From assembly GCA_038087875.1 (NCBI GenBank), contig JAXLNO010000627.1, positions 186,001-250,000 of the forward strand: 64,000 nucleotides of DNA, given 5' to 3'. Below are positions 37,685 through 50,890 of the stretch, one piece after another. The position numbers and the translations under genes were made by a program. The stretch's first letter is position 1, and every line of letters starts with the position of its first letter. Under the pieces are notes generated by a model. The model worked only from the letters and a program-made list of their open reading frames with translations, searched no databases and was not told the DNA's origin. The DNA comes from Malacoraja senta. Lineage: Eukaryota.

Positions 37685-40600
37685 ATTGCTCAGAAGGGTA
37701 GGGAAAAGAAGAGGAGGGCAATAGTAATAGGGGACTCTATGGTTAGGGGGTCGGATAGGCGATTCTGTGGACGCAGTCAGGAGACCCGGATGGTAGTTTG
37801 CCTCCCTGGTGCCAGGGTCAGGGATGTGTCTGAACGCGTCCAAGATATCCTGAAATCGGAGGGAGAGGAGCCTGAGGTTGTGGTACATATAGGTACCAAT
37901 GACATAGGTAGAAAAAGAGAAGAGGTCTTGAAAGGAGAATTTAGGGAGTTGGGAGGAGAGTTAAGGAGAAGGTCTACAAAGGTAACAATCTCAGGATTAC
38001 TGCCTGTGCCACGCGACAGTGAGAGTAGGAATGGAGTGAGGTGGAGGATAAATGCGTGGCTGAGGAACTGGTGCAGCGAGCAGGGATTCAAATTTCTGGA
38101 TCATTGGGATTTCTTTTGGGGAAGGAGTGACCTGTACAGAAAGGACGGGTTGCACTTGAACCCGAGGGGCACCAATATCCTGGCGGGGAGATTTGCAAAG
38201 GCTACTGGGGAGACTTTAAACTAGAACGTTTGGGGGGAGGGACTCAAATAGAGAAAGCTAGTGGAAAATGTGGGAGGCAGGAGGCAGAGAAGGGAAGCAC
38301 TCGGACCCAAAATGTAGGGGAGAAAGAAGAAAAAGATAATAAACAGAGAATAAGTGGTGGTGGGTTTCTTAAATGTGTATATTTTAATGCTAGGAGCATT
38401 GTAAGAAAGGTGGATGAGCTTAGAGCCTGGATTGACACCTGGAAGTATGATGTTGTGGCGATCAGTGAAACATGGTTGCAGGAGGGCTGTGATTGGCAAA
38501 TAAATATTCCAGGATTTCGTTGCTTCAGGGGTGATAGAATTGGAGGGGCAAGAGGTGGGGGTGTTGCATTGCTTGTCAAGGAAGATATTACAGCAGCGCT
38601 TTGGCAGGATAGATTAGAGGGCTCGTCTAGGGAGGCTATTTGGGTGGAACTGAGAAATGGGAAAGGTGTAGCAACACTTATAGGGGTGTATTATAGACCG
38701 CCAAATGGGGAGCGAGAATTGGAAGAGCAATTATGTAAGGAGATAGCAGATATTAGTAGTAAGCACAAGGTAGTGATTGTGGGAGATTTCAATTTTCCAC
38801 ACCTAGACTGGGAAACACATTCTGTAAAAGGGCTGGATGGTTTGGAGTTTGTAAAATGTGTGCAAGATAGTTTTTTGCAGCAATACATAGAGGTACCTAC
38901 TAGAGAAGGGGCCGTGCTGGACCTCCTGTTAGGAAATGAGACAGGGCAAGTGGCGGAGGTATGCGTCGGGGAGCACTTCGGGTCCAGTGATCACAATACC
39001 ATTAGTTTCAATATAATTATGGAGAGGGTCAGAACTGGACCTAGGGTTGAGATTTTTGTTTGGAGAAAGGCTAACTTTGAGGAGATGCGAAAGGATTTAA
39101 AAGGAGTGAATTGGGACATGTTGTTTTATGGGAAGGATGTAGAAGAAAAATGGAGGTAATTTAAGGGTGAAATTTGAAGAGTACAGAATCTTTATGTCCC
39201 TGTTCGGTTGAAAGGAAATAGTAAAAAATGGAAAGAGCCATGGTTTTCAAGGGAAATTGGACACTTGGTTCGGAACAAGAGAGAGATCTACAATAATTAT
39301 AGGCAGCATGGAGTAAATGAGGTGCTTGAGGAGTATAAAGAATGTAAAAAGAATATTAAGAAAGAAATTAGAAAAGCTAAAAGAAGATATGAGGTTGCTT
39401 TGGCAAGTAAGGTGGAAGTAAATCCAAAGGGTTTCTACAGCTATATTAATAGCAAAAGGATAACAAGGAATAAAATCGGTCCATTAGAGAGTCAGAGTGG
39501 ACAGCTATCTGCAGAGCCAAAAGAGATGGGGGAGATATTGAACAATTTCTTTTCTTCGGTATTCACGAAGGAGAAGGATATGGAATTATGTGAGGTAAGG
39601 GAAACGAGCAGAGTAGCAATGGAAACTGTGAGATTCAAAGAAGAGGAGGTGCGGACACTTTTGAAAAATATGAAAACGGATAAGTCTCCAGGTCCTGACA
39701 GGATATTCCCTAGGACATTGAGGGAAGTTAGTGTAGAAATAGCAGGGGCTATGACAGAAATATTTCAAATGTCATTAGAAATGGGAATAGTGCCGGAGGA
39801 TTGGCGTACTGCGCATGTTGTTCCGTTGTTTAAAAAGGGTTCGAAGAGTAAACCTAGCAATTATAGACCTGTTAGTTTGACGTCAGTGGTGGGCAAATTC
39901 ATGGAAAGGTTACTTAAAGATAATATATATAAGCATCTGGATAAGCAGGGTCTGATTAGGAACAGTCAACATGGATTTGTGCCTGGAAGGTCATGCTTGA
40001 CTAATCTTCTTGAATTTTTCGAAGAGGTTACTAGGGAAATTGATGAGGGTAAAGCAGTGGATGTTGTCTATATGGACTTCAGTAAGGCCTTTGACAAGGT
40101 TCCTCATGGAAGGTTGGTTAAGAAGATTCAATTGTTGGGTATTAATGGTGGAGTAGCAAGATGGATTCAACAGTGGCTGAATGGGAGATGCCAGAGAGTA
40201 ATGGTGGATGGCTGTTTGTCAGGTTGGAGGCCGGTGACTAGTGGGGTGCCTCAGGGGTCTGTGTTGGGTCCACTGTTGTTTTTCATGTACATCAATGATC
40301 TGGATGAAGGTGTGGAAAATTGGATTAGTAAGTATGCAGATGATACTAAGATAGGTGGTGTTGTGGATAATGAAGTAGATTTTCAAAGTCTACAGAGAGA
40401 TTTAGGCCATTTGGAAGAGTGGGCTGAAAGATGGCAGATGGAGTTTAATGCTGACAAATGTGAGGTGCTACATCTCGGCAGGACAAATCAAAATAGGACG
40501 TACACGGTAAATGGTAGCGAATTGAGGAATGCAGTTGAACAGAGGGATCTAGGAATAACTGTGCATAGTTCCCTGAAGGTGGAATCTCATGTGGATAGGG

Positions 40601-41194
40601 TGGTAAAGAAAGCTTTTGGTGTGCTGGCCTTTATAAATCAGAGCATTGAATATAGAAGTTGGGATGTAATGTTAAAATTGTACAAGGCATTGGTGAGGCC
40701 AATTCTGGAGTATGGAGTACAATTTTGGTCGCCTAATTATAGGAAGGATGTCAACAAAATAGAGAGAGTACAGAGGAGATTTACTAGAATGTTGCCTGGG
40801 TTTCAGCAACTAAGTTACAGAGAAAGGTTGAACAAGTTAGGTCTTTATTCTTTGGAGCGCAGAAGGTTAAGAGGGGACTTGATAGAGGTCTTTAAAATTA
40901 TGAGCGGGTTAGACAGAGTGGACGTGGATAAGCTTTTCCCATTGAGAGTAGGGAAGATTCAAACAAGGGGACATGACTTGAGAATTAAGGGACAGAAGTT
41001 TAGGGGGAACATTAGGGGGAACTTCTTTACTCAGAGAGTGGTAGCTGTGTGGAATGAGCTTCCAGTGGAAGTGGTGGAGGCAGGTTCGATGTTATCCTTT
41101 AAAAATAGATTGGATGGTTATATGGACGGGAAAGGAATGGAGGGTTATGGTCTAAGTGCAGGTAGATGGGACTAGGGGGAAGTATTTTATTTTT

Positions 41195-41231
<37 letters not shown>

Positions 41232-41298
41232 TTCGGCACGGACTTGAAGGGCCGAGATCGCCTGTTTCCGTGCTGTTATGGTTATATGGTTATATGGT
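37685..41298 (+). mobile_element. Young CR1 LINE: ORF1 SGNH-esterase half + ORF2 (APE-RT) with two in-frame stops
   Basis: IVIGDSMVR, HIGTNDIG, DGLHLN; ORFs 38230-39159 and 39208-41175 share a frame; YADDTK; (GGTTATAT)n tail; empty site at ~3336-3350. Confidence 0.95.
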
Positions 41299-41539
41299 TC
41301 TGTCAGCACACTGCACCTCTGGTGGTTTGCACTGCTGAGAGGAGTTGTGGCGATTAGGAAAGGTTGGGTAGTGGAACAACTTGAATGGGAAACCGTTTAT
41401 TTGGCAGAGAGCAGGCATTTCCCGTAAGATGCGAGGAGATGGATGGTGATAATAAATGTATTGAGACGTCGCGAACGGTTCAGAAATGTCTGCATGAAAG
41501 TCTGGAAGAGGAAAGACTTAATTACTCGTAAACCTTCGG

Positions 41540-41997
41540 ATCATCCAAAGCATGCTCACTTCATCAATAACAGTTTGGTACAGCAGTTTAGACACTCACT
41601 CCCGTAATAAACTACAGCGCATTGTCAACAAAGCATCCAAAATCATCAGCACTCCCCTCCCATCAATAGAATCACTCAATCTCAAACGGTCCGTGTCAAG
41701 GGTCAAGAAAATCATTTCTGATCCCTCCCACCCAGCTCACCACATCTTCCACCTGCTGCCGTCAGGAAGGCGCTACAGCTCACTGCCCGCCAAAACATCA
41801 CGATTTAAAAACAGTTCCTACCCATATGCAATTCGAACTCTGAACACTCTATGACAACATCACATAGCCACCTCGTATGTTGTTGTGTTATATGTTATGT
41901 TTGACGGGAATCAGCCTATTGTGTAACATCCTGTACTGAACATGAATTTCACCAGCTTGACTGTGTGGTCATTAAATAATCTGAATCTGAATCTGAA
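41540..41997 (+). mobile_element. Rex1/Babar-type LINE 3' fragment (mirror of 2645-3100)
   Basis: ORF 41552-41854 differs by 1 aa from 2789-3091; (CTGAAT)n tail. Confidence 0.8.
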
Positions 41998-43352
41998 TGT
42001 GTAATTGAAAGCACTGATCTAGAAGATTATACACGCACATTTCAAAGCCCGATTGTTCGGCACAGACACAATGAGTCAAATGGTCCACATACATGTGAGA
42101 AGTTTTCTACGAATACACAATTACTGTTCTTGCAACTGGTTAATCGGAGAAGTCCCGCGTCAGATATGCATACCTTATCATGGCCGTCTCCAAGAAGATT
42201 TCCCAAATTTCTTCACTTGGTACACACCAGCATCAACATTCCCTTCCCCACCACCAACAGCTTCCTGAGTCTGTCCATTCACTAATAAGTGTGGTGAAGC
42301 TGGGGTAAGCCTTGGGCATAGGTTAGGCTCCCAGCAGGGATTATCTTTCGAACCCGATGGTGTACAATCCCAAAGATCTCCAGATCAGTTGTCATTGAAT
42401 GTGTGACATTTTATTTTACCGGCCGCACAAACAAACCAAGAGCAGAGTGGTTGGGGTACAGCTTTATACAATGTTCGCTAGCCCACATCTCCGCTTCTGT
42501 GGGCACCTCTGGTCGCCACACTGTAGGAAGAACTTAATTGGTATGTAGAAGGTGGAGAGGAGATTTATAAAAATGTTTTCTGCGATGACAAAGTTTGGTT
42601 ATGGACGGGAGAGTCGATAGACTGAGTTTATTTTCCTTTCACGAAAAATCACAGTGAAGATCCAACATTTGGACAAATTAAGCGAATTAGACAGGATACA
42701 TGTCTCTCCAACTGCTCCCTGTAGCCAATACCCCATAATCTGGACATCATTCTTGTAACCTTTGCACCCTCTCTAATACCTTCACATCCTTCCTGTAATG
42801 GGGCGACCAGAACTGCACGTAATTCCCCAAATGCTGTCCAAAGTCCATTAGCGCTGCTCCACGATGCCCTGACTCTTATACTGAATGTGCTGACCAATGT
42901 CGGCAAATATGCCACGTGCCTCATTTACCACGGTATCTACATATGTTGCTACTTTCAAGGAGTTCTGGACTTGGACCGCAAGGTACCTCCGTGAATCACT
43001 GCTGGTAATGGTCGTGCCATTCATTGTATATGGTGGGTGAAGGTGCAGTTGGATTGTGTCGTGTGAAGGAAGTTCAACACTGGCCAGGATAAATGTGCGG
43101 TGGCTACTGGGCAGTGTGAATAGGCAGTGGGAATAGCAGGTAAATTGCGGGGTAAAGAAGCCTGTGAATATTACTTTGAAATAATTCGTACATCTGCAGG
43201 ACTGGAAGCTGTGGACCGATTTCAAATTGAACTGTTACTGCCCCAGTTACAGGCTCTGGTCTTTTCACAAAACTGTTGGCGGTTGTGTTTATTGACCCAA
43301 TGTTGGATAGGTATATGGGTAGGAAGGGTTTAGAAGGATCAGAGCCAAACAT

Positions 43353-46300
43353 GTGTGGCTGAGGAACTGGTGCAGGGGGCAGGGATTTAGATTCTTAGAT
43401 CACTGGGATCTGTTTTGGAGTAAGGGGGAACTGTACAAAACGGACGGATTGCATCTTAACAGGTGGGGGACCAGCATTCTGGCAGGCAGGTTTGCCACTG
43501 CTGCACGGGTCGTTTTAAACTGAATAAGGGGGGTGGGGTGTCAAATGGGATAGTCGAGGACGGAGTTAAAGGGAAAGAGAGTAATGGGATGGTTAATGAC
43601 CCCAGAATAAACGGGAAATGAAGCTCACAAAGGGATAGGAGAGTATGGCCAAGTGTAATGGGGATCGATGTGAAAGGTGAGATGCGTAATGAATTAAAAG
43701 TATTGTATATGAATGCGCGAAGTATAAGAAATAAAGTAGATGAGCTTGAGGCTCAGTTAGAGGTTGGTAGATATGACATTGTGGGGATTACTGAGACGCG
43801 GCTGCAGGAAGATCGAGCCTGGGAACTTAATATTCAGGGTTAAACATCCTATAGAAAGGATAGGCAGGTGGGCAGAGGAGGGGGGTAGCTCTGCTGGTGA
43901 TGGATGGAATTCAGTCCCTTGCGAGGGAAGACATAGAGACTGACGAGGTAGAGTCACTGTGGATTGAGTTGAGGAATTCTAAAGGCAAGAAGACACTAAT
44001 TGGTGTTATCTACAGACCCCCAAATAGTAGCCCGGGTGTAGGGTGTAAGTTGCAGCAGGAGTTAAAAGTGGCATGTAACAAAGGTAATGCCACTGTGGTG
44101 ATGGGGGATTTCAATATGCAGGTAGACTGGGAAAATCAGGTTGGTTCAGGACCCCAAGAAAGAGAGTTTGTAGAATCCCTCCCAGATGGATTCTTAGAGC
44201 AGCTTGTAATGGAGCCGACCAGAGAAAAGGCAATTCTGGATTTAGTGTTGTCCAGTGAACCAGATATGATAAGAGAACTCGAGGTAAAGGAACCGCTTGG
44301 AGGTAGTGATCATAATATGATTAGTTTTAATCTGCAATTTGAGAAGGAGAAGGTTAAATCGGAAGTGTCAGTGATGCAGTTGAACAAAGGGGACTATGAA
44401 GGCATGAGAGGGGTGCTGGCCAAGGTAGACTGGAAAGGGATCCTAGCAGGAATGACAGTGGAACAGCAATGGCAGGATTTTTTTGTGCATAAACCGGAAG
44501 ACGCAGGTTCATTTTATTCCAAAAAGGAAGAAAGGTTCTAAGGGGAGTAGGAGGCAACCGTGGCTGACAAGAGAAGTTAGGGATAGAATAAAACTAAAAG
44601 AAAAGATGTATAACACAGCAAAGAGTAGCCGGAGGATTGGGAAACGTTCATAGGACAACAGAAGGAAACAAAACGGCCAATACGGGCTGAAAAGATGAAG
44701 TACGAAGGGAAGCTGGCCAGGAATATAAAGAAGGACAGTAAAAGCCAAGTCTTTAGATATGTTAAGGGAAAAAGAATACGAAAGTCAAATGTGGGTCCCT
44801 TGAAGGCAGACTCGGGTGAAATTATTATGGGCAACAGAAATGGCAGAAGAGTTGAATAGGTACTTCGGATCTGTCTTCACTAAGGAAGACACAAACAATC
44901 TCCCAGATGTACTGGAGGACAGAGGATCTAAGGGGGTAGAGGAACTGAAATAAATTTTCATTAGGCGAGAAATAGTATTGGGTAGGCTAATGGGACTGAA
45001 GGATGATAAATCCCAGGGTCCTCAGGGAGGTGGCTCTAGAAATAGTGGACACATTGGTGATCATTTCCCAATGTTCAATATATTCAGTTCCTGTGGATTG
45101 GAGGATAGCTAATGTTATCCCACTTTTCAAGAAAGGAGCGAGAGAGAGAGAGCGGGGAATTACAGACCAGTTAGCCTGACTTTGGTGGTGGGAAAGATGC
45201 TGGAGTCAATTATTAAAGAGGTATTATTGGGGCATTTGGATAGCAGTAAAAGGATTAGTCCAAGTCAACATGGATTTATGAAAGGGAAATCATGCTTGAC
45301 TAATCTTCTGGAATTGTTTGTGTATGTGACAAGTAAAATGGATGAAGGGGTGCCAGTGGATGTAGTGTATCTAGACTTTCACAGAGCCTTTGATAAGCTC
45401 CCGCACGGGAGACTGGTGACTAAAATTAGAGCACACGGTATTTGAGGTAGGGTGTTGACATGGATAGAAAATTGGTTGGCAGACCGGAAGCAAAGAGTAG
45501 GAATGAACGGGTCCTTTTCAGAATGGCAGGCAGTGGCGAGTGGAGTGCCGCAAGGCTCGGTGTTGGGGCCGCAACTGTTTACTAAATATATTAATGATTT
45601 GGAAGAGGGAATTAGAAGCAACACTAGTAAGTTCGCGGATGACACAAAGCTGGGTGGCAGTGTGAACTGTGAAGAGGATGTTAGGAGGTTGCAGGGTGAC
45701 CTGGGCAGGTTGAGTGAGTGGGCAGATGCGTGGCAGATGCAGCATAATATAGATAAATGTGAAGTTATCCACTTTGGCGGCAAAAACAAGGGGGCAGATT
45801 ATTATCTCAAAGGGGTTAGGTTAGGTAAGTGGGAGGTGCAGCGAGACTTGGGCGTCCTTGTACACCGGTCACTGAAAGTTGGCTTACATGTACAGCAGGC
45901 AGTGAAGAAAACTAATGGAATTTTGGCCTTCATAACAAGAGGATTTCAGTATAGGAGTAAAGAGGTTCTTCTGCAGTTGTATAGGGCTCTGGTGAGACCA
46001 CATCTTGAGTATTGTGTACAGTTTTGGTCTCCTAATTTGAAGAAGGACATCCTTGTGATTGAGGCAGTGCAGCGTAGGTTCTCGAGATTGATCCCTGGGA
46101 TGGCGGGACTGTCATATGAGGAAAGATTGAAAAGACTAGGTTTGTATTCACTGGAGTTTAGAAGGATGAGGGGGTTCTTATAGAAACATATATAATTATA
46201 AAAGGACTGTACAAGTTAGATGCAGGAAAAATGTTCCCAATGTTGGGCGAGTCCAGAAGCAGGGGCCACAGACTTAGAATAAAGGGGATGTCACTTGAGA

Positions 46301-46569
46301 CTGAGGTGAGAAAAAAGTTTTCACCCAGAGAGTTGTGAATGTATGGAATTCCCTGCCACAGAGGGCAGTGGAGGCCAAATCACTGGATGGATTTAAGAGG
46401 GAGTTAGATAGAGCTCTAGGGGCTAGTGGGGTAAAGGGATATGGGGAAAAGGCAGGTACGGGTTATTGATAGGGTACGATCAGCCATGATCACAATGAAT
46501 GGCGGTGCTGGCTCGAAGGGCCGAATGGCCTCTTCCTGCACCTATTTTCTATGTTTCTATGTTTCTATG
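43353..46569 (+). mobile_element. CR1 LINE (ORF1 end + ORF2), frameshifted, nested in an older CR1 3' end
   Basis: DGLHL, YMNARSIRNK, GSDHN, FADDTK; (TTTCTATG)n tail. Confidence 0.92.
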
Positions 46570-46644
46570 CGCTGTTGGAACAAGAGTAGATGGGGCATGG
46601 GCAAGATGGACCGAAGAGCCTGTTTACACGCGGAATGACGCGAC

Positions 46645-47322
46645 CTCTCTCTTCTTCTTCTGTCGTGTGTCTTTTAGATCTGCAGCTCCGTTGAGGCGAG
46701 CCAGGCCAACGTGTCATCGTCCAGGTCAATCAGACCTCGTTCACCATTCGGTGGCCGGTGTTTGGGGCAACTGGTGACTATGTGCTCCACTGTCTGTGTT
46801 GTGTCCCCACACTCGCAGGAGGCACTCGCTGTCCACGAGGCCCCACCTCTTCATCGCTACTCCATAGCGTCCGATGCCTGTCCTCAAGCAGTTGTCCTCA
46901 GGAGTCCACTGCTTTCGGGGCAAGTCCTGGCCTGGGACGTCCATGGGGTCATCGATGTAATGATGTAGCCTAGATGGTTCCGCTGACTTCCACTGGTCTC
47001 TCCAGCCCGTCTCGACCCAGGCAGCCTTAGTAGCGTCAGCCGGTGTTGTGCAGAGCAGCTCTTGGGCTTGCGTGGCAAAGGGTTGCCGTGATTTGAGGCG
47101 CACTCGTCGTGGTGTCTCTGTGACGTTCTGATGGAGGAGGTGGGATTCACTGGTCTGTGCCTTTCGAGAGAGGGCCAGCGTGGCTGCTTCTTGTCTGATG
47201 TTGGCTGGGGCGATGCCAGCGAGGACGGGCAGTTGGTTTACTGGGGTGGCTCGTAGGCATCCGGAGACAGTCCGCAGGGTGCTGTTGAGGGCAGCGTCCA
47301 GCTTCTTGGCGTGAGGGCTCTA
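46645..47322 (-). mobile_element. Vingi/Ingi-like non-LTR retrotransposon 3' fragment
   Basis: LNSTLRTVSGCLRATP..LPVLAGIAP, LRTGIGRYG...WG, C-terminal Cys/His knuckle remnants; (GAA)n tail; clade assignment from recalled motifs. Confidence 0.55.
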
Positions 47323-47765
47323 TGCATTGTGCTCCAATAACGACAGTTATCCTTCGGTAAGAAGGACATACGGTCTATCTAGTTTTGCCATTCCCAAAGA
47401 GGAACCTTGGCGACCTTCTGATTTACTTTAACCCTGCAGGTTATTCTCCCACACTAATCCATACACTGCCACCGGCACACTTGTCATCTGCATTGCGAAG
47501 TCAATTAGAGCACCCAGCGAACACACGGAGTGATCTCTCGATTGGATAAGTAATCGGCAGACAACCAGATTCAGAGGAGCGGATCCAATCCGGATCCCGT
47601 GAGCTGTGTGTGCGACGTATCTTTTCATTATCTAACTGATGATATGACTTGTATTTTCATTTATTTTTTAAGCTCAGTAGTAAATGTCACTCGGAAATCC
47701 TTTCAGTTCAGGGTATTCTTTGTAAACGCCACATACTGTAACATCCTTCGTTTGTTCTTTCGCAG

Positions 47766-48664
47766 TTAACTTGGTGACGATTGTGATCCTGTCCCGGGGA
47801 AAGTGCGGTCTCTCCAAATGCATCACTCGCTACCTGCTGGGAATGGCAGCGGCCGACCTCATCGTCCTCATTATTGACGTCATAATAAGGTCCATTGTTG
47901 GAATGTATTTCCCGCTGTCGTTCTTCACCATCACCCCCGTGTGCTCCGTCAACTGGACCCTGGCCATCGCAGCCACAACAATCTCTGTCTGGTTCACCGT
48001 GGGTTTCACGTTCGATCGGTTTGTGGCCATTTGTTGTCAGAAGCTGAAAACAAAATATTGCACCCAGCGAACGGCGAATGTTGTTATCGGAACGGTAATT
48101 GTTCTAAGCTGTTTAATAAACGTACCGTGGTATTTTACATTGGAATCAGTATATATTACCGATAATAAACCCAGAGGGTGTGCCTGGACACAGTCATTCT
48201 TAACCTCACCTTCATGGACTTCGTTTGAGTTGTTGTACTTTACTGTAACTGTTTGTCTCCCGTTCGTTTTGTTTTTGTTGGTCAATTCACTGACCGCCAG
48301 ATACATTCTAGTCTCTGGTAGAGTCCGCAGATTGCTCCGGGGCCGCAACAGCGGAGAGAATGGCAAGGATCCGGAGATGGACAGCCGGAGGAAATCCATC
48401 GTTTTACTCTTCAGCATTTCTGGCAGTTTCATCGCGTTGTGGAGTACACTGGTTGTATATATTGTGGCTGAGCGCGTTTTAGGCGCTGAGTATTTCGCGG
48501 ACAGTGATCTTCCGACAATTTCGTTTATGCTCCAGCTTCTGAGTACCTGCACCAACACGTGTATTTATGTCCTGACCCAGAGAATGTTCCGGGAGCAGCT
48601 GAAGACCATGGTTACATACCCCGTGAATTTCATTGTGAAATTAATCATATCATTGAAACATTAG
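47766..48664 (+). CDS. Coding exon 2 of probable G-protein coupled receptor 139-like (GPR139/GPR142 family, rhodopsin class); spliced product 322 aa
   Basis: Polypyrimidine tract + CGCAG acceptor; intact ORF with NLVTIVILSRGKCGLSKC, MAAADL (TM2), PVC (TM3 Cys), FTFDRFVAIC (DRY-like), ECL2 Cys, STCTNTCIY (NPxxY variant), TAG at 48662-48664; 70+899=969 nt. Confidence 0.92.
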
Positions 48665-49599
48665 TATTCCCAGTCTATTTATAAATATAGTAGAACATTG
48701 AACAGATGTATACATCTTAAATAGATGTTTTCAGGAGTTATCCGGGTGTGCGAATTATATAACTCAGTAGCTGCCGTATACAACCAAACGTTCACATGAA
48801 ATAAATCAGCGTCTGCAGTTCCTTTCTACACAATATCATCTCAATATTGTCCGAATGCAGTAATACTAGATATTGTAAGTCACGGGATAACAGCGCGCTG
48901 TCACACCACCTTGTGCGTGAATCACACAGGAACCAGGTTGTTCATAGTGACCAGAAATAAACTATTCCAATCACTTCCAATAACTGTCTCCTTGTCGCTG
49001 GGTGTCCGATGGGTGGGTGGAATAGTGGTGGGGACCGGGTTCCCAAAGGGAATATAAAATGTTCGTGTCCCCTGGAGCGTCTGAATATATGAGAATAATT
49101 AGTATCTATATGCATATTTATAATGGGCATTTGTATGGGCACAGGTGACACAACCTCATCACAGCTGAGGTCACCCTTCCCTCTGGGGAGGAGGCAGTGG
49201 TGATCGGCTCTCTCTCTCAGATGTGGGCAGCAACGTTTCCTCATTCCTCAACGTTAGTCGACGTTGAGATTGGTCTATGTGGAGAATCTGTGATTTGTGA
49301 AATGATCGTTTTAAGTTTCCCCTTCGATACCGGCGAACAAACTGGCTCCGTGACTGGCGACAATGTCACGAACACATTGAGCCGAGCCCCCCCCCCCCCC
49401 CCCCCCCCCCCACCCCCCACCAAATCGGACAGCTTCTCTGGAGAGAAGAACAGGAATAATCTTTCAGGTCGACAGTCCGTGTCTGTTACAAGGACAGATC
49501 GGATTCAGTCAAGTGGACACGGTGAAGTTATTCTTGTCAGAAGAGAGCAGGTGAATTATGTTAAACGGAAAGACTGAACAGCCCATGCGTGTTTTCGCC

Positions 49600-50115
49600 A
49601 TATAATCGTAGAGTCACACAAAATGGAAACAGGCCATTCTGCCCAACTTCCCCATTCCGTACAAAATGCTCTACCTACACTAGTCCCCCTGCTCTTGTTT
49701 GTCCCATATCCCCCCAAAACCATTCCTATCCTTGTTCCCATCAAACTGTTCTTTGAATGTTCTTATAGTGCCTGCCTCAACTATATCCTCTCGCAACTCG
49801 TTCCATAGAAACAACACCCTCTGTATGGAAAGGTCGCCATCAGGTTCCTCATATTCTCTGGTTGTTGTTACCGCTGCAATAAACTAATTGGCATTCACCT
49901 TATCCTCTTGTGATTTTATTCACCTCTGTAAGATCACCGCTCAGGCACTTGCGTTTCAGGGAATACATTCCAAGACTGCCCTTCCTCTGCCTGTAGCTCA
50001 GGCCTTCAAGTCCGGGCAGCATGATCTGCACTCGTTACAGTTTAGTGGCAAGCTTGATAGAGCTGGGTGACCACAACTGAATACAGTAATTCAAATGCCA
50101 CCTCGCCAACTTCTT
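49600..50115 (-). mobile_element. Old degenerate CR1 3' fragment
   Basis: Reverse complement resembles the CR1 3' end (ggaaacaggccatt...gcccaac; cccatatccc..aaacc). Confidence 0.55.
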
Positions 50116-50470
50116 GTACTCCGTTCATTGGCTCCCTGTGAGATCCAGGATAGACTATAAAGTCCTCCTTCTTGTCTATAAAGCCCTAAATGGTTTAGGA
50201 GCATCATATTTTACAATGTCCCTTCTTCCCTATGCCCCTACTCGAGCGCTCAGGTCATCTTATGCCGGCCTGTTTGCCACACAATGCCGCAACAATAAGA
50301 ACATTGGTGGAGCAGCCTTTTTCAATTACGCCCCCAAGCTGTGGAATACCCGACCCAGAGCTATGAGAGACGCCCACTCAGTTGACATTTTTAAACGGCA
50401 GCTAAAAACTTTTTACTCCAGCGTTTAACTGACTTTACTTCCTTTGTCCTTTTACACTCAATTATATATT
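50116..50470 (+). mobile_element. L2-clade LINE 3' fragment
   Basis: HWLPVRSRIDYKVLLLVYKAL...RALRSS...APKLWN...FKRQLKT. Confidence 0.8.
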
Positions 50471-50473
50471 TTA

Positions 50474-50890
50474 CTAGACCAAGGGGGAACCGTTGGGTCC
50501 CGTCCCCTCAACGCGCGGTTGTAGGGGGGGGGATGCGGCGTCACACACACACACAAACCCCCCACCCCCTTAATATTATTAATTCGCTCATTTACCCCAT
50601 CACCCGCCCTATCCACTCACGCATAGCCCCCAAATGCGCAGGGGCAGCTAGAGAGGGAGAGGAAGGGAGCGGTAGAGAGGGAGAGGGAGGGGGCGGTAGA
50701 GAGGGGAATGGTGAGAGGGGTAGAGAGGGAGAAGGTGAGAGAGGTAGAGAGGGAGAGGGAGAGGGGTAGAGAGGGAGAGGGAGAGGGAGGGAGGGGGGTA
50801 CAGTTTGAGGGGGGGCGCAACGTCACAGGGGATGGTTCCCGAACGCAATACTCAACCACTCACGCATAGCTCACAATACTCACCACTCGA
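50474..50890 (-). mobile_element. Helitron-like element, 3' terminus
   Basis: Minus strand reads GGGACCC-AAC-GGTTCCC hairpin, 7 nt, CTAG|T; the 5' end is not found before the gap. Confidence 0.5.

Larger units (their letters stand above)
26880..43031. repeat. Right arm of the inverted segmental duplication (partner 1-~12110)
   Basis: Same anchors; mirror ORF pairs in the track (2789-3091 vs 41552-41854; 5467-5649 vs 35507-35689; 9778-10053 vs 29865-30365). Confidence 0.9.

Noticed and set aside
37625..38224. Host SGNH/GDSL esterase gene
   Set aside because: It is the known esterase domain of CR1 ORF1; the first ~20 codons are flanking intron
47771..48664. Single-exon 297-aa GPCR starting at TTG 47771
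   Set aside because: The start is not ATG, TM1 is incomplete, and a splice acceptor lies 5 nt upstream
48800..48961. AATAAA at 48800 and 48956 as the receptor poly-A signal
   Set aside because: Plausible but cannot be distinguished from chance without transcript data; the first overlaps a repeat-like remnant
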